From a virus (Duplodnaviria; Heunggongvirae; Uroviricota; Caudoviricetes): a stretch of DNA of 7,166 bases. The stretch is taken from positions 1 through 7,166 of IMG/VR virus record IMGVR_UViG_2737471853_000005; one strand, 5' to 3'. Below the pieces are notes generated by a model. That model saw only the letters and a program-made list of their open reading frames with translations. It ran no database searches and was not told the DNA's origin. The position numbers and the translations under genes were made by a program. Positions 6,311 to 7,166 of the stretch are shown here, piece by piece. Each line of letters starts with the position of its first letter. The first letter of the stretch is position 1.

Positions 6311-6715
6311 CTAACCTCCACGCCCTGCGGCGTTCTGTGCGTGGCGCTGAGTCAGGGTGACGTTCAACCGGTTCAACATCTGCATGGTCCACCAGCGAGT
6401 AGCACGGATAGACCACTGCGCCGCTATAGGCATCACCCACTGCATAATCAGCGCGGTTAAACTGGCGTTCTTCGAAGCAACAATGCCAAGCGATGTTTCA
6501 TGGCGACGCAACTGCACTCCGTCAGGTACTACGGCGGCAGGTTGAGAACCGTCGTCGATAACCACCACCAGCGACCCGGCTGGCAGATGCCTCAGATGCT
6601 GTTCGAGTGAACGTTTTAAAACGTCTGCGCGCTGGTGTGTCGTTATTGCAATCCCGATCCGCGATGAAATTGCGCAGACTGGTGCATACGGGACACCATC
6701 AATAATGACCTGCAT
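6311..6715 (-). CDS. Hypothetical 134-aa protein; N-terminal ~95 aa resembles the start of a family-2 (GT-A) glycosyltransferase, followed by a Trp-rich non-conserved tail; possibly a truncated or remnant gene
   Basis: ATG 6715-6713 with GGAG SD 5 nt upstream; IAITTHQRADVLKRSLEQHL...VVVIDDGSQ...LGIVASKNASL parallels GT2 hallmarks (IIPTYNR..LL.R.L.S...Q......IVVDDGS.D......G.S.ARN.G) but lacks the downstream DxD region and is far shorter than a full GT2 enzyme; stop TAG 6313-6311 lies between the SD and ATG of the HNH gene. Assignment is by eye only. Confidence 0.45.
   Translation of the reverse strand: MQVIIDGVPYAPVCAISSRIGIAITTHQRADVLKRSLEQHLRHLPAGSLVVVIDDGSQPAAVVPDGVQLRRHETSLGIVASKNASLTALIMQWVMPIAAQWSIRATRWWTMQMLNRLNVTLTQRHAQNAAGRGG
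6389..6396 (-). other. Chi octamer (5'-GCTGGTGG-3' on minus strand)
   Basis: Exact ccaccagc on plus strand at 6389-6396; same orientation as the Chi at 3883-3890. Confidence 0.5.
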
Positions 6716-6728
6716 AAATTCTCCAGCA

Positions 6729-6971
6729 TCAGTCCGTCCAGCGTGTCACAGCAATTTTCAACGTTCCTGGATTTGCGTTCCAGACCCATACCTTCAGCGG
6801 CGGATAAATTACCATTCTGTCCCTGAGGTAGTCACCGGCATTTATATCCGGGGATACGTCAGATTCCGCAAAACTGATTGCATAGCTGCCCAGAACCGTT
6901 ACCAGCGCGCTATTCGTACCATCCGTTATTTGAACTGGCTCACTACCGATTGTCATTCTTTCTGTTGCCAT
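6729..6971 (-). CDS. Hypothetical 80-aa protein of unknown function
   Basis: ATG 6971-6969 preceded by GGGGGAG SD; stop TGA 6731-6729, 13 nt upstream of the next ATG; co-directional and tightly spaced with flanking genes; no transmembrane segment or recognisable motif. Confidence 0.45.
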   Translation of the reverse strand: MATERMTIGSEPVQITDGTNSALVTVLGSYAISFAESDVSPDINAGDYLRDRMVIYPPLKVWVWNANPGTLKIAVTRWTD

Positions 6972-6980
6972 GTGCTCCCC

Positions 6981-7166
6981 CTACGCCAGTACGTATTCAG
7001 GTGTTGATGGATTGATGATAAATTTCTGCGCAGCTTCAGGTATGAGGCCATAGATAACATCAATGTGATAACCGTCCTTTAGGGTCGGCTCCTTTATCAC
7101 ATTTCCGGCCTCGTCATATTCACCGTCACTGTTATACAGAACGCCCCGCACAGAAAACTGAATAGA
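6981..7166 (-). CDS. Partial CDS (C-terminal 61 aa; N-terminus beyond window edge), hypothetical protein
   Basis: My own translation of the minus strand is open from the window edge to TAG at 6983-6981 (...SIQFSVRGVLYNSDGEYDEAGNVIKEPTLKDGYHIDVIYGLIPEAAQKFIINPSTPEYVLA*); stop lies 9 nt upstream of the 80-aa ORF start; lower GC than the structural genes by eye. Confidence 0.4.
   Translation of the reverse strand, partial: SIQFSVRGVLYNSDGEYDEAGNVIKEPTLKDGYHIDVIYGLIPEAAQKFIINPSTPEYVLA

Noticed and set aside
6311-6971. Interpretation of the 80-aa and 134-aa ORFs as a holin/endolysin/spanin lysis cassette (the usual occupants upstream of cos in lambdoid phages)
   Set aside because: Neither protein has a hydrophobic transmembrane segment, lipoprotein signal or coiled-coil periplasmic domain, and I found no embedded +1-frame lipoprotein ORF; not supported.
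6705-7007. 100-aa plus-strand ORF across the 80-aa and GT2-like genes
   Set aside because: Cys/Arg-rich translation with no SD, antisense to a tightly spaced co-directional minus-strand gene series with good SDs.
1-7166. tRNA, rRNA, CRISPR array, IS element, integrase or att site
   Set aside because: No direct-repeat/spacer periodicity, no cloverleaf-like conserved tRNA segments, no transposase- or integrase-like ORF and no terminal inverted repeats were seen; the window is filled by the packaging and head operon.

Overview
The whole window is one co-directional minus-strand operon encoding the DNA-packaging and head-morphogenesis module of an HK97-like tailed phage or prophage, probably enterobacterial. 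Reading in the direction of transcription (high to low coordinates): three poorly understood small ORFs (partial ORF 7166-6981, an 80-aa ORF, and a 134-aa ORF with a glycosyltransferase family-2-like N-terminus), then an HNH endonuclease, a 157-bp non-coding gap that is the best candidate for the cos/packaging site, terminase small subunit (P27 family), terminase large subunit, portal, ClpP-like prohead protease, HK97-fold major capsid protein, a GC-rich stem-loop, and the start of a further gene running off the window. Genes are tightly packed with 1-nt stop/start overlaps and SD sequences inside upstream coding ends. All plus-strand ORFs in the track look like antisense artefacts. I see no tRNA, rRNA, CRISPR array, IS element or integrase. 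The structural genes are conventional and assigned with high confidence from family motifs I recognise by eye; no database search was possible. The parts most worth follow-up are the three-gene block upstream of the HNH gene (6311-7166), which I cannot assign to any function, and the candidate cos region, which contains a 13-mer resembling the lambda cohesive end.
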